DNA of 64,000 bases from Muribaculaceae bacterium. Its GTDB lineage: Bacteria > Bacteroidota > Bacteroidia > Bacteroidales > Muribaculaceae. A program made the translations under genes and the position numbers. The first letter of the stretch is position 1. Each line of letters starts with the position of its first letter. Location of the stretch: contig JAFQZK010000025.1 of NCBI GenBank assembly GCA_017405965.1, forward strand, positions 61,170-125,169, read 5' to 3'. Positions 24,729 to 34,003 of this stretch are shown one piece after another. The notes under the pieces were generated by a model that was not told the origin of the DNA, did not search any database, and worked only from the letters and a program-made list of their open reading frames with translations.

Positions 24729-27404
24729 TTAATTACCCCAAGAACCGCTCATGACGTAGTTGATGAGCATGGTCACATCGGTGATGTTGATGCTCTTGCT
24801 GCTGTCACAGTCGGCATTGGCATAATTGATGGGCACATTACCGCTCAACATGAAGTTGATGAGTGTCGTGACATCGGTGACATTGACTACGCCGTTGTCA
24901 TCGACATCGCCACGCAACAGTCCGCCGCGCTTTGTCAGTTTCCACAGGGTGAGGTGTCCTCCGGGATAATACTGGTAAATCATCACATTGCGGGAGTCAA
25001 CGACCTCGGCATTGAGCCAGTCGGCCTGATAGGTATTCTGGTCGGTAGTGACCGTCTGCTCAACATAGGCCAGGGGCTCAGCGGCATTGATTTCGGCCAC
25101 GGCAAAGCCGTCGCGGTAGTTGCTCAGCGTGGGATAGACCATCAGTTCCTTGCCATCCCATACAAACGGGAAGGTGCCGTTGCAGTTGCCCTTGTTGGGC
25201 AACGAAATCTCGGTTGCCGTGAAGTCGTCTCCGGTGAAGGCCAGTTTCTTGAGCCCACTGGAACGGTTGACATACAGGAGGGCGTCATTTCCGCCCAGGT
25301 CGGTGTAGTAGTTGAGCACCGTGCCGCTGTTGGCGCCCACACCGTCGCAGTTGGCGAGATAGGAATCGTCGGTGTTGATTTCTCCGTCGGTAAACTTGAT
25401 GCGGCTGATGTTGGTGCCGCTGGCCGCGCCCACAAGATAGAGTTCGCCGTCGGCCATCAGATTGCCGCGGGCAAAGCCAAAATTGTCACAGCGGCCGAAG
25501 TCGGTAAGGTCCGACGGCAGGACATGGGTCACCACTTGACCCGTCGAGGGATTGATGACCTTGATTCGGGGACTGCTGTTGTTCCAGGGTTCGGGGAAGA
25601 GCGCGTCGCTGACTACCAGATTACCGGCCTCATCACGCGTCAAGCCCACATTGCAACCACCCTCATAGGTCTCCCCTGTCAAGCCGTTCTGGTCCACCAC
25701 GAGAATCGTGGCGGCAACCTTGTCGTTGATGTAGAACTTGCCGTCCATGCCGAAGCCTTGACGCGCATCGGAGGTAGTGAGGAAAACCAGACTGTTGATT
25801 TCCCACACTTTCTCAAGATTGTAGCTCAAGGGCGTGGGCTGGAACGGGTCGGGCTCGCTCAAGCCCAGGCAAGCAGGCTCACTCTCATTGCCGTAGCCGT
25901 CGATGACACACACGGCATACCAGTAGCCATTCTGGTAGGCGCCAGGCAGCGCGAAGGTCGCACTGTAGGTAACGCCCAGCAGGTAGTCACTCTTGATGCC
26001 GCCATAGACAGTGCTTGTCGCCTCATCAAGAGTCACTTCGGCTGGAACGGCATAGACCGAATACTTCACCAGCGTTCCCGATTGGGCATTCCAGGTCAAT
26101 GCAGCACCGCTCTGAGACAATCCTGACGGTGCATTGTAGCCGGGTGCATCCTTCCACGTCACAGCAGGTATCATGGCAGGGTGCTGGAAGGCATTGGCGA
26201 GCAGGTAGTTGCCCAAGCCGCTCACACCGCCGTTGCTGCCGTTGATGTTCTTGGCGCTGTAGAGCACAACTCCGGGTGCATTGTCCTCGGTGTACTGGCG
26301 GGAATAGTCGATCTGCTGGACAATCTCGGCCCAGTCGCTGGTAGTATTGCTTGACGAAGCCAGGAACGAGATACTGTGGCTCGCATAGTGGTGACGGCCG
26401 AAGTGCTTGGCAATATAGCTCCACCATTGGGTAATCGGACCAAAAGGATTGGTATTGTGGTTGGTCTTCCAGTAAACCTGCGGTGAGATATAGTCGATGG
26501 TGCCCTGCTCCAGCCATGCCAGCGGATCACTGAAGATACCGTTGTATTGCCAGTCACTGCCCTTGGGACAGGGGGTCACGCCATGCTGCGAAGCTGAGGT
26601 GCTGCGAGTACCGGCCACTCCGGCAGGACTGATGCCGAAGCGCACCTCGGGCTTGGTCTGCTGAATCATGTTATACACATCGGCCACCATCATGTTGACA
26701 TTGTTGCGGCGCCAGTCGGCAAAGGTCATATCCACGTTAGAATCGTTCCACAGGTTATAATCCTCAGCACTGCTGTTGGTGGGGATGCCATTGGGATAGA
26801 AATAATCGTCGAACACGATGCCGTCCACGTCGTAGTTGGTGATGATTTCGCGGATGACATTGACAATGCGCTCACGCGTGGCGGGCAGTCCAGGATTGAG
26901 AATGGTTGTCGTGCCGCTGCTGTTGGTGTAAGAGAGCAACATGCCAGAATTCTTCAATTGCTGGTCTTGAGCGGTATTCCAATTGGAGCCGGTGCTGAAA
27001 CGGTAGGGATTGACCCAAGCGTGGCACTGGATGCCACGGGCATGGCATTGCTCGACAACGTACTGCAAGGGGTCGTAGCCAGGGTTCCTGCCTCGCGTAC
27101 CCGTCAGGTAGCTCGACCAGGGCTCGTAACTGGACTGATACATCGCATCGCACATCGAGCGCACCTGGAAGAAGACTGCGTTGAAATTCTGAGTCTGGAG
27201 ATTGTCCAGATAATCGTTGATTTGGGCCTTTTGAGCCGAAGCACTGCTCGTTGATGACGGCCAGTCGATAGCCCAGACGGTGGCAATCCACGCGGCACGC
27301 ATCTCACGCTTCAGCGATTCAGCGGCCTGCGCAAAAGTGCCTGCTGTAACGGCAACAGCCAGGAACAGCATGATGACTCGTTTCGTTATTTTCATAGACT
27401 GCAT
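24729..27404 (-). CDS. GHL10 (glycosyl-hydrolase-like 10, YngK-type) domain protein with Ig/FN3-like and beta-propeller-like regions and a tandem dockerin-type-I-like repeat
   Basis: Signal peptide (ATG at 27404 or 27395: MKITKRVIMLFLAVAVTAGTFAQA). MRAAWIATVWAIDWPS...FNAVFFQVR...WVNPYRF is the GHL10 pattern. The C-terminus is GDVDDNGVVNVTDVTTLINFMLSG...DCDSSKSINITDVTMLINYVMSG (nt 24729-24911). Confidence 0.75.
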   Translation of the reverse strand: MQSMKITKRVIMLFLAVAVTAGTFAQAAESLKREMRAAWIATVWAIDWPSSTSSASAQKAQINDYLDNLQTQNFNAVFFQVRSMCDAMYQSSYEPWSSYLTGTRGRNPGYDPLQYVVEQCHARGIQCHAWVNPYRFSTGSNWNTAQDQQLKNSGMLLSYTNSSGTTTILNPGLPATRERIVNVIREIITNYDVDGIVFDDYFYPNGIPTNSSAEDYNLWNDSNVDMTFADWRRNNVNMMVADVYNMIQQTKPEVRFGISPAGVAGTRSTSASQHGVTPCPKGSDWQYNGIFSDPLAWLEQGTIDYISPQVYWKTNHNTNPFGPITQWWSYIAKHFGRHHYASHSISFLASSSNTTSDWAEIVQQIDYSRQYTEDNAPGVVLYSAKNINGSNGGVSGLGNYLLANAFQHPAMIPAVTWKDAPGYNAPSGLSQSGAALTWNAQSGTLVKYSVYAVPAEVTLDEATSTVYGGIKSDYLLGVTYSATFALPGAYQNGYWYAVCVIDGYGNESEPACLGLSEPDPFQPTPLSYNLEKVWEINSLVFLTTSDARQGFGMDGKFYINDKVAATILVVDQNGLTGETYEGGCNVGLTRDEAGNLVVSDALFPEPWNNSSPRIKVINPSTGQVVTHVLPSDLTDFGRCDNFGFARGNLMADGELYLVGAASGTNISRIKFTDGEINTDDSYLANCDGVGANSGTVLNYYTDLGGNDALLYVNRSSGLKKLAFTGDDFTATEISLPNKGNCNGTFPFVWDGKELMVYPTLSNYRDGFAVAEINAAEPLAYVEQTVTTDQNTYQADWLNAEVVDSRNVMIYQYYPGGHLTLWKLTKRGGLLRGDVDDNGVVNVTDVTTLINFMLSGNVPINYANADCDSSKSINITDVTMLINYVMSGSWGN

Positions 27405-27441
27405 TTTTTAGATATTGGTAATTTGTATCAGTTATTAGCCA

Positions 27442-27449
27442 CAAAGTTA
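27442..27449 (-). promoter_or_regulatory. Bacteroidota -7 promoter box (TAACTTTG) for the GHL10 gene
   Basis: Exact TAnnTTTG match on the minus strand, 38 bp upstream of ATG 27404. It abuts direct-repeat copy 1. Confidence 0.4.
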
Positions 27450-27499
27450 CGTGTTTTTCAAAAAAAATTTTCATCTTTGTGCAACTTTTTTGATGGCAT
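27450..27499 (+). repeat. 50-bp direct repeat, copy 1 (cgtgtttttcaaaaaaaattttcatctttgtgcaacttttttgatggcat)
   Basis: Identical to 28402-28451. The two copies bracket the RAYT cassette. Confidence 0.9.
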
Positions 27500-27698
27500 A
27501 TTATCAAAAATGGATATTGAAAATGCCTGGCGAGATTGCCTTGAAGAGGCAGACGGGTCGAAGACCCGGATTCAATGGGAAAACACCATGCAAGACCCTC
27601 GCAGAGGGTCGCCGCTTGGTGCCATGGCGACGCAAAGGAAAGTGCGTCGAAGACGAACTTCTTCACACTCCAGGATTGCTGCATCGAGAGTTTTGCGT

Positions 27699-27706
27699 TA
27701 CCTTTG
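27699..27706 (+). promoter_or_regulatory. Bacteroidota -7 promoter box (TACCTTTG) for the RAYT gene
   Basis: Exact TAnnTTTG match 29 bp upstream of ATG 27735, between the left arm and the gene. Confidence 0.45.
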
Positions 27707-27734
27707 CAATTCAAACCTAAAACTGTTTTAAGAT

Positions 27735-28178
27735 ATGAGTGCTGTCAGTGCTATGTATCATGTCGTCATCAATACTTATCGCCGTCAAATGACCATTCCC
27801 GATGAGACGAGCGAACATCTTTATCGTTACATCTGGTCAATTGTCAAGAGCCGTGGCTGCCGTCTGTATCGCATCAACGGTATCGGGAATCATATTCACA
27901 TGCTCATTGAACTGGCTCCAACCGTTGCGTTGAGCGACCTTGTGCGTGACATCAAACAAGGCAGCAGCAAATGGGCAAAGCAACAAGTCTATTTCCCGCA
28001 ATTCAGCGGTTGGGGAAAGGAGTATGGGGCTTTCTCTTGCAGCTGTCGTGATAAGGACAGGATTGTCAATTACATCATCAATCAACGAGAGCACCACAAG
28101 GTGAGTTCATTTGAGGAGGAGTTTAGACAAATGCTTGAGTTATCGGGAATCGAATGGAACGATAAGCGCCTGACATAA
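27735..28178 (+). CDS. IS200/IS605-family Y1 (HUH) transposase-like protein, RAYT type
   Basis: 147 aa. YHVVINTYRRQ, HUH motif GNHIHMLIE, and catalytic-Tyr region RIVNYIINQREHH. Confidence 0.8.
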   Translation: MSAVSAMYHVVINTYRRQMTIPDETSEHLYRYIWSIVKSRGCRLYRINGIGNHIHMLIELAPTVALSDLVRDIKQGSSKWAKQQVYFPQFSGWGKEYGAFSCSCRDKDRIVNYIINQREHHKVSSFEEEFRQMLELSGIEWNDKRLT

Positions 28179-28401
28179 TAAGAGTTAGCAGTTGAAGTTC
28201 CTCTTCGAGGCACTTGCTTGCCGACATGGCCGTCACCAAGCTGCGTGGGTCTTCGACCCACTTGCATGGTGTTTTCCAACAAAGTCGGGTCTACGACCCG
28301 CCAGGCCTCTTCAAGGCCAGCCATTCGTAATAAATACGTTGCTAACAACCACCTTAGTGATAAATTACTTCTGCAGATCAGGCTATTTCAAGTCATCGAG
28401 C

Positions 28402-28451
28402 CGTGTTTTTCAAAAAAAATTTTCATCTTTGTGCAACTTTTTTGATGGCAT
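28402..28451 (+). repeat. 50-bp direct repeat, copy 2
   Basis: Identical to 27450-27499. It lies 79 bp upstream of ATG 28530. Confidence 0.9.
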
Positions 28452-28529
28452 GGTGCATCTAATGCATGAAAACGCTTTTTAGCGATCAGCTTTTCAAGAA
28501 ACAATTACAAACGACTAAAGAATAAAACA

Positions 28530-29444
28530 ATGAGAAAGACGATTTTAACATTAGCAATGATGCTGATCATGGCATTCACCGCCACGGCAGCACCCACAAT
28601 TACGGCGACCCCTGCCAGCAAATCGGGCGTGGAAGTGAAGGGCGACTCGGTGACCGTGACAAACGGTGACAAGTCGATCACTATTCCGAGCGTGGACCTG
28701 CAAAAGGTGAATGAGAAAATCAACAAGGCCCTGGACGACACCCTCACTGCCAGCGGCACTACCGTGGAAATCGATGGCCACAAGGGCGAACTCACGTCCG
28801 ATGATATCAGGGTCATCAGCAGTCAGTGGGCTGTAACGGCCCAGGCTATTGCCATCGCCTCGATTTTGGGCTTGTTAGCCTTGGTTGCACTGGTGCTGCT
28901 CTTCCGTTTCATGAACCGTCGAAGCAAGTACCGCGTCATCGAGAAAGCCATCGAGAACAACTATCCGCTCGATGAGTTGTCACTCAACGACACCAAGCAC
29001 AGTGCCATCTATGTTCAGCAGCCGGTTGTGACCGCCGCTCCTCCCGCATTCAATAGCACTCCCGCCCAGCAGCCTGGCCAGGTACCGGTCGGCACACCCA
29101 TCAGTGTCCAAGCTCCCGACAAACCCGTTGTGATGACCAACATGGTCAACTGGCGCGCCCTGATGCCTGCTGTCAAGTGGATTGGCTGGGGAACGGTGTT
29201 GATACTCTTCAGCGTAGCGATAGGTGATGCAGAGAATCCGTTCTGGCCCATCGGTTTAGCCCTGATGGTAGTGGGAATATGCAAAGGCTTCATCCTCTAC
29301 AAGGAGCAACAGTCATTGCAGGAAGCCTGGCAACGCAGCCAGCAGATGCAGTCCCGTGAGCCGATGCGTGAGGGCATCCCTGTGCCGCCGCCCATAGACG
29401 AGGATTACAAGGAGGAAGATCAAACTCCCTACCAACCCTATTGA
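28530..29444 (+). CDS. Membrane protein of unknown function (signal peptide, small extracytoplasmic domain, TM segments, Pro/Gln-rich linker)
   Basis: MRKTILTLAMMLIMAFTATA signal. TM segment WAVTAQAIAIASILGLLALVALVLLF. KYRVIEKAIENNYPLDEL helix, then two more TM helices. It lies upstream of an ECF sigma gene. Confidence 0.5.
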   Translation: MRKTILTLAMMLIMAFTATAAPTITATPASKSGVEVKGDSVTVTNGDKSITIPSVDLQKVNEKINKALDDTLTASGTTVEIDGHKGELTSDDIRVISSQWAVTAQAIAIASILGLLALVALVLLFRFMNRRSKYRVIEKAIENNYPLDELSLNDTKHSAIYVQQPVVTAAPPAFNSTPAQQPGQVPVGTPISVQAPDKPVVMTNMVNWRALMPAVKWIGWGTVLILFSVAIGDAENPFWPIGLALMVVGICKGFILYKEQQSLQEAWQRSQQMQSREPMREGIPVPPPIDEDYKEEDQTPYQPY

Positions 29445-29509
29445 TCTTCTCCACCCATACACCCATACACTTATACACTTATACACAACGCTTCATGCGC
29501 TAAAAAAGA

Positions 29510-30040
29510 ATGCTTTCCAAGCTTGATGAAATAAGACTGCTGTCGCAATGCGCCCTGGCCGACAACCGGGACGCATTCGGCCAGCTTGTCGAAGCCTATC
29601 AGCCGCGCGTGCGACGGTTCTTGCTGAACCTGACCATGGGCGATGAGATGCTCACCGACGACCTGGCACAGGAGACCTTCATCAAGGCTTATGTGGGCAT
29701 ACGCAGTTTCAAGGGGCTTTCGTCTTTCGGCACCTGGCTGTACCGCATTGCCTACAACGAATTCTACAGTCACACCCGCCGTCACCACGAGGAGCATGTC
29801 GAGGACATCGGCCGTCTGGGCGAGGTCAGCACGGCCACGACCGACGCTATCGACGCCTCGATGACAGTGCAGGAGGCACTGACGCACCTGAATGACAACG
29901 AGCGTGTCGCCATTACCCTGTTCTATATCGAGGACCAACCCATCAAGCAGGTGGCCAAGATCATGCAGATACCCGAAGGCTCGGTAAAATCATTCATCCA
30001 CCGGGCAAAAGGCAAAATGAGACAATTTATCGACAATTAA
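29510..30040 (+). CDS. ECF-type RNA polymerase sigma-70 factor
   Basis: Region 2 DDLAQETFIKAY...GTWLYRIAYNEFY. Region 4 LNDNERVAITLFYIEDQPIKQVAKIMQIPEGSVKSFIHRAKGKM. Confidence 0.85.
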   Translation: MLSKLDEIRLLSQCALADNRDAFGQLVEAYQPRVRRFLLNLTMGDEMLTDDLAQETFIKAYVGIRSFKGLSSFGTWLYRIAYNEFYSHTRRHHEEHVEDIGRLGEVSTATTDAIDASMTVQEALTHLNDNERVAITLFYIEDQPIKQVAKIMQIPEGSVKSFIHRAKGKMRQFIDN

Positions 30041-30054
30041 AACGTTACTAAGAT

Positions 30055-30372
30055 ATGAATACCAACGAAGAAGACAAGAAACTGGCACAGATGCTCAAGC
30101 AGGGGGCACATGACCCAGGCGAGAATCCCTGGTTTACCCGACGTGTGCTCAACAAGCTGCCCGAGAAACAGCCTCGTGGCTCGTGGGCCACGACGGTGGT
30201 TTATGCCATCGCTCTGGCGGCATGCGTCATCTGCTGGCTGATGATGTGGCGCGGCCAGGAATGGGGCATTGTCACCGTGCGCGATATCCTCTACAACATA
30301 CTGATGGGCATCGTGACACTCATCGTCCTGTGGCAGACTATTACCTCGGCGCTTCATGCGGCCGACGTGTAA
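30055..30372 (+). CDS. Small membrane protein, possible anti-sigma partner
   Basis: 105 aa, 15 bp after the sigma gene. NPWFTRRVLNKLP is followed by two TM helices. Confidence 0.4.
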   Translation: MNTNEEDKKLAQMLKQGAHDPGENPWFTRRVLNKLPEKQPRGSWATTVVYAIALAACVICWLMMWRGQEWGIVTVRDILYNILMGIVTLIVLWQTITSALHAADV

Positions 30373-30405
30373 CCGACCATCGGAGATAACGGATAAAACG
30401 GAAAT

Positions 30406-30445
30406 AACGGAGATGACGGGCTGTTATGGACCCGTCATCTCCGTT
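30406..30445. terminator. Bidirectional terminator hairpin between convergent genes
   Basis: 15-bp perfect stem aacggagatgacggg / cccgtcatctccgtt with a 10-nt loop. Confidence 0.55.
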
Positions 30446-30477
30446 TTATCTGTTATTTCAGTTTTTTCAGTCGGGAA

Positions 30478-31491
30478 TTACACCCCCATCAGCTTCCTAC
30501 TGCGGGCGAAGAGCTCAGGATCCTTGATGTTCTTGAGTTCATCGAGGACCCACTCGGGGTTGATGTCCTTGAAGCTTCTCACCAAGCCACGGGTAAGTTG
30601 GCTGTCGGGATGGTCACAGCACCATTGCATCATGCGTTGGGTGTCGCAATAGAGGCGGTTACCCACCAGAACGCTGAAATCGCCCAGCAACTGTGCAGGC
30701 TCGGTGATATGGGCCTGGGCCTCGTTGAGGAAGGCCTCTACCCTATCGTAGAAGGTCGTGTCGCTCAGCGGAGTCCACGACAAGACTTCGAGCGCACGTT
30801 TATCGCGCCAATAGTTGGTCAGCAAGGTGGTGTCAGCACTGAATACGGTACCGATTTTTCCTACGGTGAATAGTCCGTCGTCACCAATGGTGACAGGCAA
30901 CTCGTTGTGGATGAACCACAAGGTGGAGTCTGTGTCCACGCCATCGCGCTGCTCGTTATAGGAAATCCAGCGGCTCACGTGGATGGGTTTGCCCCACTTG
31001 TCGGGCATGACCATGCGCATCGAGTCGATGCCCAAGTGACGGGTGTGCTCGTCAACGTCGTCCCAGTAGGATAGGTTCACGGCGCCGCCGCACTCGCCCA
31101 GGCGCATGAAGTCAATCATGCCGTCCTTGCCATAGGTTGCCAGCCAACCGGTGCGCATGTCGCTGTAGGACGTGTGTCCCAACAGCAGGGTGATACCCTT
31201 GTCGGGATAATCCTTGACACCCCACACACTTACAATTGTGTTCATGGTGTCCACATACATTACCTTGTCAAGGCCCAAAGCCTGGCAGTCGGCCAGGTCA
31301 AGGAACCGGTGGGGATATTTCTCGCCATCGTTATCGTAGCGGAGGTCGTTGCTGCTGAGGTTCAGCGAGTCGTCATAGACGCCCACGCTGCACAGGAAGT
31401 CGTGGCCGTTGTTGATGGTGTCACCATGTTGCCACTTGCTGGTACATGAAACAATGGCCAGCGTCAGGATGATTAAAACTAAATGCCTCAT
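30478..31491 (-). CDS. Lipoprotein of unknown function
   Basis: ATG at 31491. Lipobox LAIVSC. 337 aa with no motif I recognise. Confidence 0.5.
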   Translation of the reverse strand: MRHLVLIILTLAIVSCTSKWQHGDTINNGHDFLCSVGVYDDSLNLSSNDLRYDNDGEKYPHRFLDLADCQALGLDKVMYVDTMNTIVSVWGVKDYPDKGITLLLGHTSYSDMRTGWLATYGKDGMIDFMRLGECGGAVNLSYWDDVDEHTRHLGIDSMRMVMPDKWGKPIHVSRWISYNEQRDGVDTDSTLWFIHNELPVTIGDDGLFTVGKIGTVFSADTTLLTNYWRDKRALEVLSWTPLSDTTFYDRVEAFLNEAQAHITEPAQLLGDFSVLVGNRLYCDTQRMMQWCCDHPDSQLTRGLVRSFKDINPEWVLDELKNIKDPELFARSRKLMGV

Positions 31492-31515
31492 ATTCTTATT
31501 CTTTAGCTATTAATA

Positions 31516-33210
31516 TCACACTTCTAACTTGCGATAGCGCACGCGGGTGGGTTCTTCCTTGCCCAGGCGCTTCAATTTATTTTCCTCATACTCGCTGTAG
31601 CTGCCCTCGAAGAAGAACACGTTAGAGTTGCCCTCGAAGGCCAGGATGTGGGTGCAGATGCGGTCCAGGAACCAGCGGTCGTGGCTGATGACCACGGCAC
31701 AGCCGGCGAAGTCCTCAAGACCTTCCTCGAGGGCTCGCAGGGTGTTCACGTCGATATCGTTGGTGGGCTCATCGAGCAACAGGACGTTGCCTTCCTCCTT
31801 GAGCGCCAGCGCCAGTTGCAAGCGGTTGCGCTCACCGCCCGAGAGAACGCCGCACTTCTTCTGCTGGTCCACGCCGCTGAAGTTGAAGCGCGACAGGTAG
31901 GCACGGGCGTTGACGTCGCGTCCGCCCATACGCAGCAGCTCCACACCGCCAGAGATGACCTCATAGACGGTCTTATCGGGGTCGATGCTCGTGTGCTGCT
32001 GATCGACATAAACCGCCTTGACGGTCTCGCCGACCTCAAAGATACCGCCATCGGGCTTCTCGAGGCCCATAATCAGGCGGAACAGCGTCGTTTTGCCGGC
32101 ACCGTTGGGACCGATGACACCCACGATGCCGTTGGGGGGCAACATGAAATTGAGGTCATCGAACAGCAGCTTGTCGCCGAAAGCCTTGGCCACATGTTGT
32201 GCCTCAATGACCTTGTTGCCCAAGCGGGGACCGTTGGGAATGAAGATTTCAAGTTTCTCCTCTTTCTCCTTGACGGTCTCGTTCAGCAGTTTATCGTAGC
32301 TGTTAAGACGGGCCTTGCCCTTGGCTTGGCGGGCTTTAGGCGCCATGCGCACCCATTCCAACTCGCGTTGCAGGGTCTTCTGGCGCTTGCTCTCGGTTTT
32401 CTCTTCCTGGGCCAGACGCTGGGTCTTCTGCTCCAACCAGGAGCTGTAATTGCCCTTCCAGGGAATACCCTCGCCGCGATCCAGCTCCAGAATCCAGCCT
32501 GCCACATGGTCGAGGAAATAACGGTCGTGGGTCACGGCAATGACTGTGCCCTCGTATTGCTGCAGGTGCTGCTCCAGCCAATCGATGGACTCGGCATCGA
32601 GGTGGTTGGTGGGCTCATCGAGCAACAGGACGTCGGGTTTCTGCAACAGCAGGCGGCACAAGGCCACACGGCGACGTTCGCCACCACTCAGGTGCTCGGT
32701 CAGCTGGTCACCCTCGGGACAGCGCAGGGCGTCCATTGCTCGCTCCAGACGGCTGTCAAGATTCCATGCGTCGGTGGCATCGATGATGTCCTGCAACTCG
32801 GCTTGGCGGGCAAACAGTTTGTCCATCTTCTCGGGGTCCTCATAGTACTCGGGCATACCGAACTTGAGATTGATCTCCTCAAACTCCTTCAACGTGTCAA
32901 CCACATGCTGCACGCCCTCTTGCACTACCTCCTTGACCGTCTTGGTCGGGTCAAGCTGCGGGTCCTGGGGCAGATAACCCACCGAGTAACCCGGCGCGAA
33001 CACCACCTGTCCCTGGTACTGCGTCTCCAGACCGGCGATGATCTTCATCAGCGTCGATTTACCGGCACCGTTAAGACCGATGATGCCGATCTTGGCGCCA
33101 TAGTAGAACGAGAGGTAGATATTCTTGAGAATTTGTTTCTGATTCTGCTGGATGGTTTTGCTCACACCCACCATCGAGAAAATGATTTTCTTGTCGTCAA
33201 CTGTTGCCAT
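31516..33210 (-). CDS. ettA: Energy-dependent translational throttle protein EttA (ABC-F ATPase)
   Basis: Two ABC cassettes (GLNGAGKST / [12 protein letters not shown]; GPNGAGKTT / [12 protein letters not shown]). The N-terminus ([12 protein letters not shown]) and the 564-aa length are typical of EttA. Confidence 0.9.
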   Translation of the reverse strand: MATVDDKKIIFSMVGVSKTIQQNQKQILKNIYLSFYYGAKIGIIGLNGAGKSTLMKIIAGLETQYQGQVVFAPGYSVGYLPQDPQLDPTKTVKEVVQEGVQHVVDTLKEFEEINLKFGMPEYYEDPEKMDKLFARQAELQDIIDATDAWNLDSRLERAMDALRCPEGDQLTEHLSGGERRRVALCRLLLQKPDVLLLDEPTNHLDAESIDWLEQHLQQYEGTVIAVTHDRYFLDHVAGWILELDRGEGIPWKGNYSSWLEQKTQRLAQEEKTESKRQKTLQRELEWVRMAPKARQAKGKARLNSYDKLLNETVKEKEEKLEIFIPNGPRLGNKVIEAQHVAKAFGDKLLFDDLNFMLPPNGIVGVIGPNGAGKTTLFRLIMGLEKPDGGIFEVGETVKAVYVDQQHTSIDPDKTVYEVISGGVELLRMGGRDVNARAYLSRFNFSGVDQQKKCGVLSGGERNRLQLALALKEEGNVLLLDEPTNDIDVNTLRALEEGLEDFAGCAVVISHDRWFLDRICTHILAFEGNSNVFFFEGSYSEYEENKLKRLGKEEPTRVRYRKLEV

Positions 33211-33288
33211 AAAAAATCGATAATTCTTTTCTTTTGAGTTGTATATTTTTCTATCGGAGTTCTCAGAGATCTCGGAGATCTCCGAGTT

Positions 33289-33843
33289 TTAAAAGTTGCG
33301 GTATTTTTTACGAGCATTGAACATCTGTTCCTTTATGCCACCGTTTTCTAGAAAACGTCGTTTGATGCTTTCGATGAGTCTCATCATCAGATAATCAAAC
33401 TGGTGGATCATTGTCAAAGCAATATTGGCGATGGTCTCGGGTGAACGTTCCTTCATCTTCTCTACAAAAACGATGGGATCGCAGTTGCTTCGACAGTAGT
33501 TTCTGGTAGCCAGAGTTCGAGGGTCATCGATGGACCATTGCTTTAAGCCATGGTGCAACAGGTAGTCCTCATAATCAGCTTTCAATTCATGCATGCTACC
33601 GCGAGCAACGTTCATGAGTTTGATTTCCATTTCGGTCGATGTATTGCCATCAACGCTACCCTCGGCGATGTTCTGTTTCCCGCTGCGGGCAGCCTGCACC
33701 ATTTGGTCAATGGTTCGGTCTCCCTTGGAAAAGAAGGTATTAGCGAAGTAATAGGTGACGGCATAGATGCATGTCGCCAACTTATAAACCGCCAAGTTCT
33801 CATAATTTCCACGCTGAGGCAGGAAATCCTTATTGTCGCCCAT
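33289..33843 (-). CDS. Four-helix-bundle protein (23S rRNA intervening-sequence protein family) with suffix domain
   Basis: ATG at 33843 (the track start at 33849 is a TTG). YKLATCIYAVTYYF...QMVQAARSGKQNIAEGS motif. Confidence 0.65.
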   Translation of the reverse strand: MGDNKDFLPQRGNYENLAVYKLATCIYAVTYYFANTFFSKGDRTIDQMVQAARSGKQNIAEGSVDGNTSTEMEIKLMNVARGSMHELKADYEDYLLHHGLKQWSIDDPRTLATRNYCRSNCDPIVFVEKMKERSPETIANIALTMIHQFDYLMMRLIESIKRRFLENGGIKEQMFNARKKYRNF

Positions 33844-33938
33844 AGTCAATCATTGATTGATTTATTTCTCGCAAATGTACATTAAAGCCCCAAAACCAGC
33901 AACATTTCCTATGATTTTTTTAGAAATTAGAGCCGCTT

Positions 33939-34003
33939 GGAGCACTCGGAGCTCTCGGAGCTCTCGGAGTTCTCGGAGCTCTCCGAGTGCTCTGAGAACT
34001 AAG
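33939..34003. repeat. 9-bp tandem repeat (ctcggagct-like, about 4-5 units) ending in an inverted unit
   Basis: gcactcggagctctcggagctctcggagttctcggagctctccgagtgctctgagaac. A related palindrome ctcggagatctccgag lies at 33271-33286 on the other side of the gene. Confidence 0.7.

Larger units (their letters stand above)
27527..28322 (+). mobile_element. RAYT (REP-associated tyrosine transposase) cassette: IS200-like Y1 transposase gene between ~135-bp imperfect inverted arms
   Basis: The left arm (27527-27668) and the reverse complement of the right arm (28191-28322) share these blocks: gccttgaagagg, cgggtcg(a/t)agacccg, ggaaaacaccatgcaag, a second GC hairpin, agtgc(g/c)tcgaaga(c/g)gaacttc. Each arm has two internal GC-rich hairpins. 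Confidence 0.7.

Noticed and set aside
27423-27731. Small ORFs (75-131 aa, both strands) covering the RAYT arms, here and at 28082-28482
   Set aside because: They coincide with the inverted-repeat arms and hairpins, mirror each other on both sides of the cassette, and show no protein-like motif. They are consequences of the repeat structure.
31648-33237. 529-aa plus-strand ORF
   Set aside because: It is antisense to ettA, whose ABC-F motifs are unambiguous. The same reasoning rejects 36671-37960 (antisense to ffh), 40147-41880 (antisense to glnS), 43145-44392 (antisense to the sugar transferase), 4024-5016 (antisense to mltG), 24954-26126 (antisense to the GHL10 gene), 57506-58468 and 49141-49875 (antisense to the C10 genes) and 16618-17298 (antisense to the LysO genes).
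33939-34003. Possible CRISPR-like or minisatellite array
   Set aside because: The units are only 9 bp, directly abutting and without spacers. There are no cas genes in the window. I treat it as a simple tandem repeat and hairpin.
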